Program-made: the position numbers and the translations under genes
Assembly (NCBI GenBank): GCA_039024555.1
Contig: JBCCQQ010000088.1
Location: forward strand, 1-20,083
Direction: 5' to 3'
DNA length: 20,083 bases
From: Cyanobacteria bacterium P01_D01_bin.156
GTDB lineage: Bacteria; Cyanobacteriota; Cyanobacteriia; Phormidesmidales; Phormidesmidaceae
The notes under the pieces: model-generated
Database searches by the model: none
What the model saw: the letters and a program-made list of their open reading frames with translations, nothing else
What the model was told of the DNA's origin: nothing
Shown here: positions 7,656 through 17,409 of the stretch, in pieces
Layout: each line of letters begins with the position of its first letter
How positions within the stretch are numbered: position 1 is the stretch's first letter

Positions 7656-8984
7656 TCAAGTCTGAGAGGTCGGAGGCTGTTTTTTGAGTCGAGGAAAATT
7701 CGGTAGATCCACAGCAGCTAACGACCCAATTCGCTTTTGAGGCTTTAGGGGATTAACCAGGGGAGATGGACTACTGAGAGCAGTGACAGCAGGCAAATAA
7801 GTGCTATCAGCTGTGCTGGTTATTTTGGCCGCCTGAACTCTGGCAAGAATTTGAGCTGCTTTAGGAGACAAGACAGAAGAAGATGTTGACATGTCTTCCT
7901 CTGCTGAGTTGTCAATGACTGGATTTGAAGAATCTTGGTCTGTGTCACTCCAAGGAGAGGGCTCAGTAATCTCTGGAGAGGTTTCTGAAGAGCTCGTCTG
8001 TGTGTTGATAGAACCAGGGGCCTCTGCTGGACCCATGACTCGGGCTAAGTCGTGCCATAGCTGATCCTCTGCTTCTGTTGCCATGGTAGAGGTATTGGTT
8101 GGCTGAGAACCGGCCTTAACCCCTCGAATCATGGATTCAAGCTGAGGGTCAAGAGTGTTACGACCCAAGGCCGCTTCCCAAGGCTGAATCTCATCCGTTT
8201 TTGGCATAGTGAGCCCCTGAAGCGATGGTTCAGTATCTGTGCTAGGTGCGCCTGAGGACACATTAAGACATTTTTCTAGGGCAACTTTAAACTGTAGGGT
8301 GTAGCGTTGCTGTCTCTGTAGGCGGGCTCTTAAATCTCGACAGCTGGCGTTAGCTTGTAACAGTGCCTGTGATTGTTCCGTAGCTTGCTGAACTAAAACG
8401 GTGTGCTCTGCTTCTAGTTGATTGGCGTGTTCTTTTACCGCTGCGAGCTCTGTCTGCAGACTTTCATTTAAGACATGCTGATGCTGTAACGACTGATTGC
8501 TTTGCTCCAGTTCAGTCACTAACTGAACAATTTCACGATCACCTGAGTTGCCTGAACGGTCAATTTCAGCTTGAAGTGCAGATTGAGAGCGTTCTAAAGA
8601 TTCTTCTAGTTCTGACACTTTAGCCAGCAGCACGTCATTGCATTCGTTTAAGTCCCTTACCAGGTTTAGGAGCTCAGTTTCGCGCTGCCTGCTTTGTTCC
8701 GCTGATGTATCGGAGGAAAGAGTGCTGTCATCTAGGTGTTGGCTAGAAGAATCCATAGCAGTAGTCCGCAAAGAAGAAGAAGGCTCTGGGATTTGATCGG
8801 TGGCGATGGTGCCGGGGAAATGGATAGTTTGCCAGCTACTGTCGGTGAATTGCTCAACAGGTAGCTGAGCCCCTTGAGACGAACTGTCAGAGGCGTTGTT
8901 TGCTTGGTCAGGAAGACTATTGTGAGAATTGGTTCGGTTGAACATTCTGGAGCACCGCAGTAATTGAGGCGGAGAAGATTGCAT
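7656..8984 (-). CDS. Coiled-coil-rich hypothetical protein with disordered Ser/Pro-rich flanks
   Basis: Long heptad-rich core (RETELLNLVRDLNECND...LRARLQRQQRYTLQFKVALEKCL) and C-terminal SPSPLV.PLKP.KR..SLAAVDLPNFP. GGAGGAG precedes the ATG at 8984; the ORF is open to 9074. Confidence 0.8.
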   Translation of the reverse strand: MQSSPPQLLRCSRMFNRTNSHNSLPDQANNASDSSSQGAQLPVEQFTDSSWQTIHFPGTIATDQIPEPSSSLRTTAMDSSSQHLDDSTLSSDTSAEQSRQRETELLNLVRDLNECNDVLLAKVSELEESLERSQSALQAEIDRSGNSGDREIVQLVTELEQSNQSLQHQHVLNESLQTELAAVKEHANQLEAEHTVLVQQATEQSQALLQANASCRDLRARLQRQQRYTLQFKVALEKCLNVSSGAPSTDTEPSLQGLTMPKTDEIQPWEAALGRNTLDPQLESMIRGVKAGSQPTNTSTMATEAEDQLWHDLARVMGPAEAPGSINTQTSSSETSPEITEPSPWSDTDQDSSNPVIDNSAEEDMSTSSSVLSPKAAQILARVQAAKITSTADSTYLPAVTALSSPSPLVNPLKPQKRIGSLAAVDLPNFPRLKKQPPTSQT

Positions 8985-9221
8985 ATTACGCCAATCTCCT
9001 CCAAGTATTAGCACAGAAAGATTAATTGGTAACAAACAATCTACAGAAAGTTGGGCTTGTGGCCCTCTCGCCATACATTAGGCGCTGCTTGAGCGGCTGC
9101 ATGGAATAGACCATCGTTATTGCCCACTTAAATATAGGTAATGCCCACCCTGTCGATAATCAAATACCAATGCGTCCCTTTTTCACCATGGCAACTGTAT
9201 TAAAAGTTAAAGATTGATTTT

Positions 9222-10289
9222 TTAATGGCTTGTGACTCCAAGGGCTGTTTCTAAGAGAACGCTATGGAGTAAGGCTTGATCAATCTGCGATCGCACTTGA
9301 ACATCATCCAGACTATCACCATTGGCATAGTGTTCTAGCCACTGTTGGGTCATGCTGTAGGTGTCCTCAGGCATGAGCGGGAGAGGATCTGCAGGCGATA
9401 GTCCCCAGCCAGTTAAGGATAGAGCCTGCATAATCTGTGTAACCTTGGGATCGTAGCTAATCGCGAAGCACCGACACCCTTCAGCGGCGGCCATAACCAC
9501 CCCGTGAAACCGCATAGCAATGGCCATTTCAACGCCGCGAAAAACACCTTTTAATTGGCTCGGGTTAGCGATTTGGATGATTGCGTGGGGACCTGATAGG
9601 TGCTGCGCAATATGTGTGGCAATTGCTAGATCTTTTGTAGGTTGGAACGGCAGCAGGATGACGCAGGTGTCGGTCGCCTTCTGAAAATCAGCAATCGCCT
9701 TGGTTAAATTGTTCAACCGCTGGGGAGTGAGTAAATAATGCTCCCGCAGAGCAACTGCCACGCGGGGGGCATGTAAATCAGTCATGGCAGTTACATGACT
9801 GGACTGGAGTGCCCACACTGGATCGGGAGCCAGTTGGCACTTAATACCCCAGTCGCTCACAAGTTTTGCCGAAGCTCCATCGCGTACGCTGATAGCGTCG
9901 CATGCGTTGAGCACCCAGCGGGTGATCCATTGGCTGCTGCGTCGATTTAGCGGACCAATGCCCTGTCCCCAGGCGATGGTACGTAACCCCATCCACTGGG
10001 CTAATTTCATCAGTCCCCCATAGTAAAACGGATTAACAGCACTGGTAGCATCCTGCATGAGACTGCCACCGCCCCAAATAAATGCTTGGGAGCGACGTAG
10101 GGCAGATACCACAGCTGGTAAAGATTTACGGGGAACAGACTCTACACCGTAGCGCTGCGCGGTTTCCTGAGGACTACCTGAAAGTACAATCGGCGTGATC
10201 GATGTTGGCAACACCTGCAGTAGCGTTGCCAGCAGGGCTTCATCACCGCCATTGCCCATGCCATAGTAGCCACACAACACTGCTCGCAT
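9222..10289 (-). CDS. csaB: Polysaccharide pyruvyl transferase CsaB
   Basis: GYYGMGNGGDEA, IWGGGSLMQD.TS, WGQGIGPL, SVRD, AMRFHG and SYDPKV. Confidence 0.92.
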   Translation of the reverse strand: MRAVLCGYYGMGNGGDEALLATLLQVLPTSITPIVLSGSPQETAQRYGVESVPRKSLPAVVSALRRSQAFIWGGGSLMQDATSAVNPFYYGGLMKLAQWMGLRTIAWGQGIGPLNRRSSQWITRWVLNACDAISVRDGASAKLVSDWGIKCQLAPDPVWALQSSHVTAMTDLHAPRVAVALREHYLLTPQRLNNLTKAIADFQKATDTCVILLPFQPTKDLAIATHIAQHLSGPHAIIQIANPSQLKGVFRGVEMAIAMRFHGVVMAAAEGCRCFAISYDPKVTQIMQALSLTGWGLSPADPLPLMPEDTYSMTQQWLEHYANGDSLDDVQVRSQIDQALLHSVLLETALGVTSH

Positions 10290-10421
10290 GTTTTCTCTGT
10301 TTGTCCCTGAACATCTTGCTAAGATTATCGCGGACTATTTACCAAATATCCGCCATAGGATGGGCAAACAGAGCTAGCACAGCACCCATCCTGCTATTTC
10401 CTATTCCCCTTTGTTCCTACT

Positions 10422-10718
10422 ATGCATGCACTTTCAATACCTACCTGGATGGTTCACATTTCCAGCGTAATTGAATGGATTGCGGCCATTTATTTTGTCT
10501 GGCAGTTTGCCGAAGTCAGCGGCTGGCCTGCCTGGCGATGGTTATCGTTTGGCATGTTGCCTGCATTGGTAAGTGCCATGTGTGCTTGTACCTGGCACTT
10601 TTTTGATAATTCGTCGCCGTTGGCGTGGTTGGTGGTGCTGCAAGCCGCTATGACTGTGGTGGGTAATGTTACTGTTTGTGGTGCAGCATGGCATATCTGG
10701 AGGCAGTCCCGTGTCTAA
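10422..10718 (+). CDS. Ycf49-like membrane protein (DUF2499)
   Basis: MHALSIPTWMVHISSVIEW...MLPALVSAMCACTWHFFDN...LQAAMTVVGN. Confidence 0.9.
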   Translation: MHALSIPTWMVHISSVIEWIAAIYFVWQFAEVSGWPAWRWLSFGMLPALVSAMCACTWHFFDNSSPLAWLVVLQAAMTVVGNVTVCGAAWHIWRQSRV

Positions 10719-10998
10719 GGAAACCTTGTTTGCGGTCTCTTTGTTTCCCTACTTGGGGTTTCTCTACTTCTTAACTAAGTCGGGTCAGACGCCTAGGCTA
10801 GCCCTGATTGGGTTTTATGTACTGTTAGTCTTTGTGGCAGTGACCATTCCAGCGGGTATTTATGCTAAGCAAGCCTATGGGTTAGAGCTGGCTAATGTGG
10901 ATTGGCTCCACGGCAGCGCTGAATTTTTTCTTACCCTGTCAAATATTTTCGTGGTGCTGGGTTTTAGAAACGCGGTGCAAAAGCTAAAGGACAGTTAA
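10711..10998 (+). CDS. DUF3593 membrane protein
   Basis: GTG at 10711 with GGAGG upstream, overlapping the DUF2499 stop. LFAVSLFPYLGFL...LANVDWLHGSAEFFLTLSN. Confidence 0.88.
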   Translation: MSKETLFAVSLFPYLGFLYFLTKSGQTPRLALIGFYVLLVFVAVTIPAGIYAKQAYGLELANVDWLHGSAEFFLTLSNIFVVLGFRNAVQKLKDS

Positions 10999-11088
10999 GC
11001 CTCATTCAACCATTTGTATTGAATAAGGAGTCTAATGGCTAACGGTCTATTGGATACTTAAGTGTGCTGGCGTTGATATGGCTAAACC

Positions 11089-12543
11089 TTGACCACTGAA
11101 AATCCTTTTTTGAGTTTGACCTACGAGCCTGCTTTAGAGGCTTTAGGCGATGACTATTACGATGTTGTCCAAGCAGCTACGTTTCCGCAGCACCTTCTGC
11201 GATTCCGTAATGATGATTTGCTGGCAAAGCTAGGACTACAGCCAAAAACCGTCAGCGATTTTGACTTTATTGAAGCGTTTGGACAGTTTCAGCAGCGTTC
11301 ACCGCTGTTAGCACTGCGTTACCATGGCTATCAGTTTGGCGACTATAATCCTGCGCTGGGAGATGGTCGCGGATTTCTCTATGGTCAGGTGCGAGGGGCC
11401 GATGGAGCGCTCTACGACTTTGGTACTAAGGGCTCAGGGACGACGCCCTACTCCCGGAATGGGGATGGTCGTTTAACCCTTAAGGGCGGAGTGCGAGAGG
11501 TTCTTGCCTCTGAAGCACTGCACGCGCTGGGAGTGAATACCTCCCGGACGTTGAGTTTGGTTGAAACTGGTGAGCGCTTATGGAGAGGGGATGAGCCGTC
11601 GCCTACTCGATCCTCGGTGATGGTGCGCTTTAGTCAGTCCCACATTCGGTTTGGCACGTTTGAGCGACTCCAGTATCTGGGACGAGCCGATCTGATGACG
11701 CCCCTGCTAGATCATGTAATTGAAGTCTACTATGCTCACTTGCTAGCCGTGCAGGATGTGCAGGAACGCTATACCCAGTTTTATGCCGAGTTGGTAGAGC
11801 GGGTGGCCAATACGGCAGCTCAATGGATGTCTGTGGGCTTTTGCCACGCGGTGCTGAATACGGACAACATGTCCATCACAGGAGAGAGCTTTGACTATGG
11901 TCCCTATGCCTTTATGGATGAGTTTAATCCACGGTTTACGGCCGCCTACTTCGACTATATGGGGCGCTACAGCTATGGCAATCAGCCGCGCATGTGTGAG
12001 TGGAATCTGTGGATGTTACAAAAGCCCTTGAAGCTCATTATGGCGGATGAGGATTTGGAGTCTGGGTTAACGATTTATCGCGATCGCTACTACGCTGCCT
12101 ATAAAAAAAGAATGCTGGCTAAATTAGGATTTGAGCAGCTACTGCCAGAGTTGGGGGATGAGTTACTCAGGCTGACCCTAGAACTATTAGAGAAAACCCA
12201 CAGGGGCTATCATGACTTTTTCATGGGAATGACAGAGCAGTTTTCAGTGGATTGGGCAGATGGACCTGAACACATTTTGCAAGCAACTGTAGAAAACTCT
12301 GATGAAGATGCTGGCTTTTGGTTGGACGCCTGGCGTTTGCACTTCCATACATGCTTGACGACCTTGTCTGTCGAGGAAATATCTCAAGTAGGGATGTGTT
12401 TGCGACGGAATAACCCCACCATTGTTTTACTGCGTCCAGAGATTGAAGCAATCTGGGAGCCAATTGTGGCTGAGGATAACTGGCAGCCGTTTTACGATCT
12501 GCTGGCTAAAGTTCAGCAGCCCTTCAATAAAAAACAGGGGTGA
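11089..12543 (+). CDS. selO: Protein adenylyltransferase SelO (YdiU/UPF0061 family)
   Basis: [51 protein letters not shown] and [25 protein letters not shown] start. Confidence 0.93.
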   Translation: MTTENPFLSLTYEPALEALGDDYYDVVQAATFPQHLLRFRNDDLLAKLGLQPKTVSDFDFIEAFGQFQQRSPLLALRYHGYQFGDYNPALGDGRGFLYGQVRGADGALYDFGTKGSGTTPYSRNGDGRLTLKGGVREVLASEALHALGVNTSRTLSLVETGERLWRGDEPSPTRSSVMVRFSQSHIRFGTFERLQYLGRADLMTPLLDHVIEVYYAHLLAVQDVQERYTQFYAELVERVANTAAQWMSVGFCHAVLNTDNMSITGESFDYGPYAFMDEFNPRFTAAYFDYMGRYSYGNQPRMCEWNLWMLQKPLKLIMADEDLESGLTIYRDRYYAAYKKRMLAKLGFEQLLPELGDELLRLTLELLEKTHRGYHDFFMGMTEQFSVDWADGPEHILQATVENSDEDAGFWLDAWRLHFHTCLTTLSVEEISQVGMCLRRNNPTIVLLRPEIEAIWEPIVAEDNWQPFYDLLAKVQQPFNKKQG

Positions 12544-12564
12544 GGAGGAGCCCCCAACCCTGTT
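12529..12564 (-). terminator. Rho-independent terminator, minus strand and possibly bidirectional, overlapping the selO stop
   Basis: Stem aacaggg (12533-12539) / ccctgtt (12558-12564). The A6 run at 12529-12534 gives a U-tract on the minus strand. Confidence 0.55.
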
Positions 12565-12714
12565 CAAAAATTTTATTGTGCAGTGGTGTGCATGATACCT
12601 GCAGAATGTACTTGCAGGTTACGCTTCCCATGGCTATTGAAATTTACGAGTTTAGCGTTCACCTATGGCTCTAAAGCTATGTGCGCAGAGCTCTATCCGG
12701 TCAGCGTTGGTGTG

Positions 12715-13536
12715 CTATATGGCTAGCAGGCGTCGGAGTCCACTAATGCCGATGGCAATGTAGCCAATGGCTAACAAAATGCTGCTAAGGGAAATGCGGA
12801 TACTAGCTTTGGTTGCTTCAGAGCGTACACGCTTAGTAGCTTCTTCACGCCGAGTACCAATCTCAGTTTCTAATCGATTGCGTAGCTCAGAAGCTTGACC
12901 GGTTAGGAATTCATCTAAAGCGTTTGGATCGCCTTCAAACTGGCGAATTTGTTCTGCTTGTTCTGCGGTCACCTGCCCTGCAGCAACAAGTTGCTCAAAT
13001 TGTTCGGGATTATCAAGCAACAGGGCGATGCGATCGCGCTGCTGGGTAACTTCTGCATTTAATCGCTCCTCTAGCTGAGTCGCGGCTTCACTGGCCTCAT
13101 CAGATACTTGAGTTAGCGCTTCCTGACTTTGTAACCGCACATTGTTCATGTGAACGGGAGTCAGGAGCGCAAAAATGAGACCTAGAATACAGGCCAAAAT
13201 ACAGGTCCAAAATCGAGCATCGAGAGCTAAATTCCCACGATTGCGCTTGCCTGTAACATAGCTATCAATCCAGAAGCCAGTAAACAGAAGGGCAATGCCG
13301 ACGAGAGGCACAATGCCACGATCCACCAGCTGTGTGGTGGTGCTGATTTGCCAGCCACGGTTCAGTAAGTCCGGTGGTAACAGTAGCACCAAAAAATCTA
13401 CAAGAGCGGCCAAAATCGTGATGCCACCCACTAGTTTTAGAGCCAGTGCCGCAATAGGAGATGGCGCACTGCCTGCTGGGTTTCCAGAAGAAGTCATAAA
13501 AGGTGCATTACCTGCTGGGTTTGCAGAAGAAGTCAT
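12715..13536 (-). CDS. hpsJ: Hormogonium polysaccharide biosynthesis membrane protein, HpsJ family
   Basis: LKLVG...DFLVLLLP...WQI...QLVDRGIVPLVG. Three TM helices, a coiled soluble loop and a C-terminal TM helix. Confidence 0.8.
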   Translation of the reverse strand: MTSSANPAGNAPFMTSSGNPAGSAPSPIAALALKLVGGITILAALVDFLVLLLPPDLLNRGWQISTTTQLVDRGIVPLVGIALLFTGFWIDSYVTGKRNRGNLALDARFWTCILACILGLIFALLTPVHMNNVRLQSQEALTQVSDEASEAATQLEERLNAEVTQQRDRIALLLDNPEQFEQLVAAGQVTAEQAEQIRQFEGDPNALDEFLTGQASELRNRLETEIGTRREEATKRVRSEATKASIRISLSSILLAIGYIAIGISGLRRLLAI

Positions 13537-13537
13537 A
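13463..13537. repeat. 39-bp tandem duplication covering the hpsJ start
   Basis: cctgctgggtttccagaagaagtcata (13472) versus cctgctgggtttgcagaagaagtcata (13511). Encodes MTSSANPAGNAPF / MTSSGNPAGSAPS. Confidence 0.9.
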
Positions 13538-13745
13538 GGATTATAACGAAACGCCTCAGATACTCGATAGTGTCCGACATAGTTCCCGTTACAGGCTGAT
13601 TTCTAATAAGATGTGAAAGTTTTGATTTTGCTGCTGCTGCTGGAAAGGATGAAACGATCTGTAGAACTTGCTCCTTGCCTGACGTTGACAGATAAAATCA
13701 TACCGAGGATCAGCCACGCCTTGATGCTTTAGCCCTAGTCGGGTT

Positions 13746-14423
13746 TCAAGTCGCACTTTGCAGGTTTTCAGCATACTGGCGCAAAATGTCCGGACCCCGT
13801 GATGTGCCCAGCCGTGTGGCTCCCGCTTCTATCAAAGCAATGGCTTGCTGCGGTGTGCGAATGCCGCCCGATGCTTTGATACCTGCCTGACCACGGCTGA
13901 CATCCTTGAGTAGGCGAACATCGTCTATGGTGGCTCCACCGTTCCAGCCGGTACTGGTTTTGAGAAACTGTACGCCAGCATCCATACAGATATCGGCTGC
14001 TGTCCGTTTTTCAGATTCTGTGAGCAGTGACATTTCTAAAATTGCTTTGATGCACTGCCCTGTTGACTCCGCAATTTGGGCTAGTTCCCTATGAACTCGC
14101 TCCAATTGACCCGATTTGAGCCAGCCCAGATTAATCACAACATCCAACTCTGTCGCCCCATGTTCTGTCGCTTCTTGAGCGGCAAAGAGTTTACTGGCTG
14201 GGGTATCTGCCCCTGTGGGAAAGCCAATGACCGTACAGACAGCTGTGCGACTTTCATGTAGATTTTCGACGGCTCGCTGAACGTGCACTGGATAAACACA
14301 AACACTTGCAAATCCGTAGCGTTGAGCTTCTGTACACCAATGGTCTACCTGTTCAATGCTGGCCGTAGGAACCAGTAGGGAGTGATCAATGTATGGGGCA
14401 AGGTCAATATTGTTGGAGTTCAT
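13746..14423 (-). CDS. deoC: Deoxyribose-phosphate aldolase
   Basis: [39 protein letters not shown] and GATRLGTS. Confidence 0.97.
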   Translation of the reverse strand: MNSNNIDLAPYIDHSLLVPTASIEQVDHWCTEAQRYGFASVCVYPVHVQRAVENLHESRTAVCTVIGFPTGADTPASKLFAAQEATEHGATELDVVINLGWLKSGQLERVHRELAQIAESTGQCIKAILEMSLLTESEKRTAADICMDAGVQFLKTSTGWNGGATIDDVRLLKDVSRGQAGIKASGGIRTPQQAIALIEAGATRLGTSRGPDILRQYAENLQSAT

Positions 14424-14689
14424 AGGGTTAGGTAGTTAGACAGACGCTAATGCATAACCATGGCAAGAGCAATAGAGCCAGTCGGTAATAGCCTTTATAC
14501 GTTTGAAGAATAGATAAACCAAATTTGATAACCGAAACATGGGCTGCGTAATTTCAGTAGAGTTTAATGAGTACATTTAAAGCCACACGGGCATGTTGAA
14601 CTCAGAAAACCTATTTAACATAACGATGTGAGATTACGTCAGTACTCCCTACTGTTTCAATCCAATTAGTTTTTATTCAAGATATTTTT

Positions 14690-15652
14690 ATGGCTGAATT
14701 ATCTATTTCTGCCATTATTTGCACCCACAATCGCGATGAATATTTAGGGGCGGCTATCGATAGTTTGCTGACCCAAAGTTTAGAGAATATTGAGATTTTG
14801 GTGGTGGATAACGCATCTACGGACACTACCTCAGAAGTGGTCCAACAGCGACTGTCGGATCCTCGGCTTCGCTATGTGTATGAGCCGGTTTTAGGATTAT
14901 CTTCTGCTCGTAATACGGGAGCTAAAACGGCTACAGGAGATGTTTTGGCCTATTTGGATGATGATGCAGAGGCCAGTCCCCAATGGCTAGCGGAATTGCT
15001 TGAGGTTTATCAAAAGAATCCTAAAGTTGCGATCGCAGGCGGTAAAGTTACTCTGCTGTGGCCCCCTGGTGTGGAACAGCCTCCAGCTTGGCTATCCCAA
15101 GATTTATCCAGCGGTCTAGGAGCCTATGACTTAGGTAAGCAGGTGCGCTTTATTAAAAACCCTAGTCTGACCCCTCGAGGACTCAACTACTCTTTGCGCA
15201 AAACGTTTTTAGATTCGGTGGGTGGCTTTGACATTAACCTAGGCCGAGTGGGTAAAAACTTGCTCTCCAATGAAGAGTTGCACATGACCCAAGTCGCCTT
15301 GAAGCGTGGTTGGCAGGTGTTATATGTCCCCAACGCGAAGGTGGCACACAATGTTTCTCTAGCTAGACTCAAGCCCAGCTGGTTCCTGAGTCGAAGTTGG
15401 TGGCAAGGAGTGAGCGAGTGCTACCGTGAACAAGTATCAGGATGTGCGGGTATTATCCAACTGCAGTGGGGAAGCGAACGTTTAGTCCGTGGTTTTTATA
15501 AAGCTATCAAATACGTCAATAATCCAGCTCAGCGATTTGAAAATTTGACGTATGCCTATGGTCAGCTGGGCTATATAAGTAGTGTGCTGAAACATCTGAT
15601 TAAGCCTAATAAATCAGCAAAATCTAAACCTGCAAAATCTTCGGCAGCCTGA
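14690..15652 (+). CDS. Glycosyltransferase family 2, probably for hormogonium/exo-polysaccharide
   Basis: IICTHNR, VVDNASTD, GLSSARNTG, YLDDD, GGFD..LGR and LLSNEE. Confidence 0.92.
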   Translation: MAELSISAIICTHNRDEYLGAAIDSLLTQSLENIEILVVDNASTDTTSEVVQQRLSDPRLRYVYEPVLGLSSARNTGAKTATGDVLAYLDDDAEASPQWLAELLEVYQKNPKVAIAGGKVTLLWPPGVEQPPAWLSQDLSSGLGAYDLGKQVRFIKNPSLTPRGLNYSLRKTFLDSVGGFDINLGRVGKNLLSNEELHMTQVALKRGWQVLYVPNAKVAHNVSLARLKPSWFLSRSWWQGVSECYREQVSGCAGIIQLQWGSERLVRGFYKAIKYVNNPAQRFENLTYAYGQLGYISSVLKHLIKPNKSAKSKPAKSSAA

Positions 15653-15721
15653 CTTGACTGTCACATTTGTACAGAGAGTCCCAAGACATTTTTTACTTAA
15701 TCGTTAAGTTTCCATTTACCC

Positions 15722-16681
15722 ATGACTGCTGCCACTAAAATTCCTGTTTCTGTGCTGATCCCTGCCAAAAACGAGGAAGCCAATTTACCTGCCTGTTTGG
15801 AGAGTGTTGCCCCAGCAGATGAGATTTTTGTTGTCGATTCCTACAGCGTCGATCGATCCGTAGAAATCTCAGAATCTCACGGGGCAAAAGTGGTTCAGTT
15901 TGACTTTAATGGTCGCTGGCCCAAGAAGAAAAACTGGGCCCTTGATAATCTGCCATTACGCAATGAATGGGTACTCATTGTGGACTGTGATGAGCGGATT
16001 ACCCCAGAACTGTGGGCCGAGATGGCAGCAGTCATTGCTAACGATGAACTAGATGGTTGCTATATCAATCGTCGAGTCTATTTCCTAGGTAAATGGATTC
16101 GCCATGGCGGGAAATACCCCGATTGGAACATGCGCTTTTTTCGCCATGCTAAGGGCCGTTATGAAAATCTCAACACGGAAGAAATTCAAAATACGGGTGA
16201 TAACGAAGTTCATGAGCATGTGGTGATTGAGACCAGTAAAGTGGGCCATCTCAAAAACGATATGCTGCATATTGATTTTCGTGACTTATTTCACTGGCTG
16301 GCCCGTCACAACCGCTATTCCAACTGGGAAGCTCGGGTGTACTATAACTTGCTGACGGGGATGGGAGATGACGGCACGATTGGGGCCAATCTCTTTGGTG
16401 ACTCTGTGCAGCGGAAGCGATTTCTCAAGAAAATTTGGGTACGCCTTCCCTTCAAGCCATTTTTGCGATTTGTGCTGTTTTACTTTATTCGCCTAGGGTT
16501 TTTAGATGGCTATCCTGGCTATATTTACGGACGTCTGCTGAGTCAGTATGAATATCAGATTGGGGTTAAGCTATACGAACTAAAGTTTGGTGGTCGTCTA
16601 AACATAGAAGACAAACCACAAAAGTCGGATAACAAAGAGGTTCCTGAAAAGCCCCAGGCCGCCCTGGTGGGAGATGCTTAA
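15722..16681 (+). CDS. Glycosyltransferase family 2 (WaaE/KdtX-like beta-glucosyltransferase type)
   Basis: LIPAKNEE, VVDS.S.D, KKKNWAL, VDCDE, EVHEH, RHNRYSNWEA and LGFLDG. Confidence 0.92.
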   Translation: MTAATKIPVSVLIPAKNEEANLPACLESVAPADEIFVVDSYSVDRSVEISESHGAKVVQFDFNGRWPKKKNWALDNLPLRNEWVLIVDCDERITPELWAEMAAVIANDELDGCYINRRVYFLGKWIRHGGKYPDWNMRFFRHAKGRYENLNTEEIQNTGDNEVHEHVVIETSKVGHLKNDMLHIDFRDLFHWLARHNRYSNWEARVYYNLLTGMGDDGTIGANLFGDSVQRKRFLKKIWVRLPFKPFLRFVLFYFIRLGFLDGYPGYIYGRLLSQYEYQIGVKLYELKFGGRLNIEDKPQKSDNKEVPEKPQAALVGDA

Positions 16682-16714
16682 TCTCTTTGAGGACCCAGTA
16701 GCTACATCTAACGG

Positions 16715-17350
16715 ATGACTCAACCTGCTATCAAACCGGAAACCTGTGTGAATTCAGCCTCTGAAAAGGCGTTTAGCGACTTTGGTCCGCCTTCTCTGGT
16801 GGATTTAACCCAGTATTATCAGCCTGGCTTTGAAATTGGGCGGCCTAAATGGTACGTGCTGTTGTGGTGGTTGGTACAGTCTGTGGTGTTTCCCCTGACC
16901 CTGCATACTACCCATGGACTGCGCTGTGCTGTTTTACGGTTGTTTGGTGCCAAGATTGGCAAAAATGTCGTGATTCGACCGTCGGCTCGTTTTACATATC
17001 CGTGGAAAGTTGAGATTGGTGATCATAGCTGGGTGGGTGAAGATGTTGTTTTCTATAGCCTGGCGCCTATTCGTTTAGGGCAGCACTGTGTGGTTTCTCA
17101 AAAAAGCTATCTATGTACCGGTAGCCACGACTTCAGCGATCCAAGTTTTGCTCTGGTAACGGCTCCAGTTGTGATTGAAAATGGGGCCTGGATTGCTACG
17201 GATTGTTTTATTGGTCCTGGTGTACGGATTGGGGCTAATGCTCTAATTGGTGCTCGCAGTAGTGTCTTTAAGGATATGCCTGCCCAACAAATTTGTATGG
17301 GGTCTCCTTGTCGTCCTCAAAGGCCTAGAGAAATGAGAAAGATTGGCTGA
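16715..17350 (+). CDS. hpsU: WcaF-like hexapeptide acetyltransferase (hormogonium polysaccharide acetyltransferase HpsU type)
   Basis: LLWWLVQ, LRLFGAKIG, TYPWKVEIGD.SW, SQKSYLCTGSHD and IGARSSVF. Confidence 0.8.
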   Translation: MTQPAIKPETCVNSASEKAFSDFGPPSLVDLTQYYQPGFEIGRPKWYVLLWWLVQSVVFPLTLHTTHGLRCAVLRLFGAKIGKNVVIRPSARFTYPWKVEIGDHSWVGEDVVFYSLAPIRLGQHCVVSQKSYLCTGSHDFSDPSFALVTAPVVIENGAWIATDCFIGPGVRIGANALIGARSSVFKDMPAQQICMGSPCRPQRPREMRKIG

Positions 17351-17409
17351 CGTTGGCGCACTGGAAGTCTACGCGGCACAATGACCAGTAGATAGGATTT
17401 GGAGCTGCC

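Noticed and set aside
7656..9074. SepJ (FraG) assignment for the coiled-coil protein near hetR
   Set aside because: It has no C-terminal DMT permease or transmembrane domain.
12565..12714. Possible sRNA between selO and hpsJ (7-bp hairpin at 12597-12619 plus minus-strand terminator)
   Set aside because: No recognisable family motif (for example no Yfr1 ACTCCTCACAC); explained adequately as the hpsJ 3' UTR.
12541..12726. Selenocysteine read-through of the selO TGA (frame stays open about 60 codons, hairpin adjacent)
   Set aside because: The TGA lies inside a terminator-like stem rather than before a SECIS, the context is not C-x-x-U, and Sec decoding is not expected in cyanobacteria.
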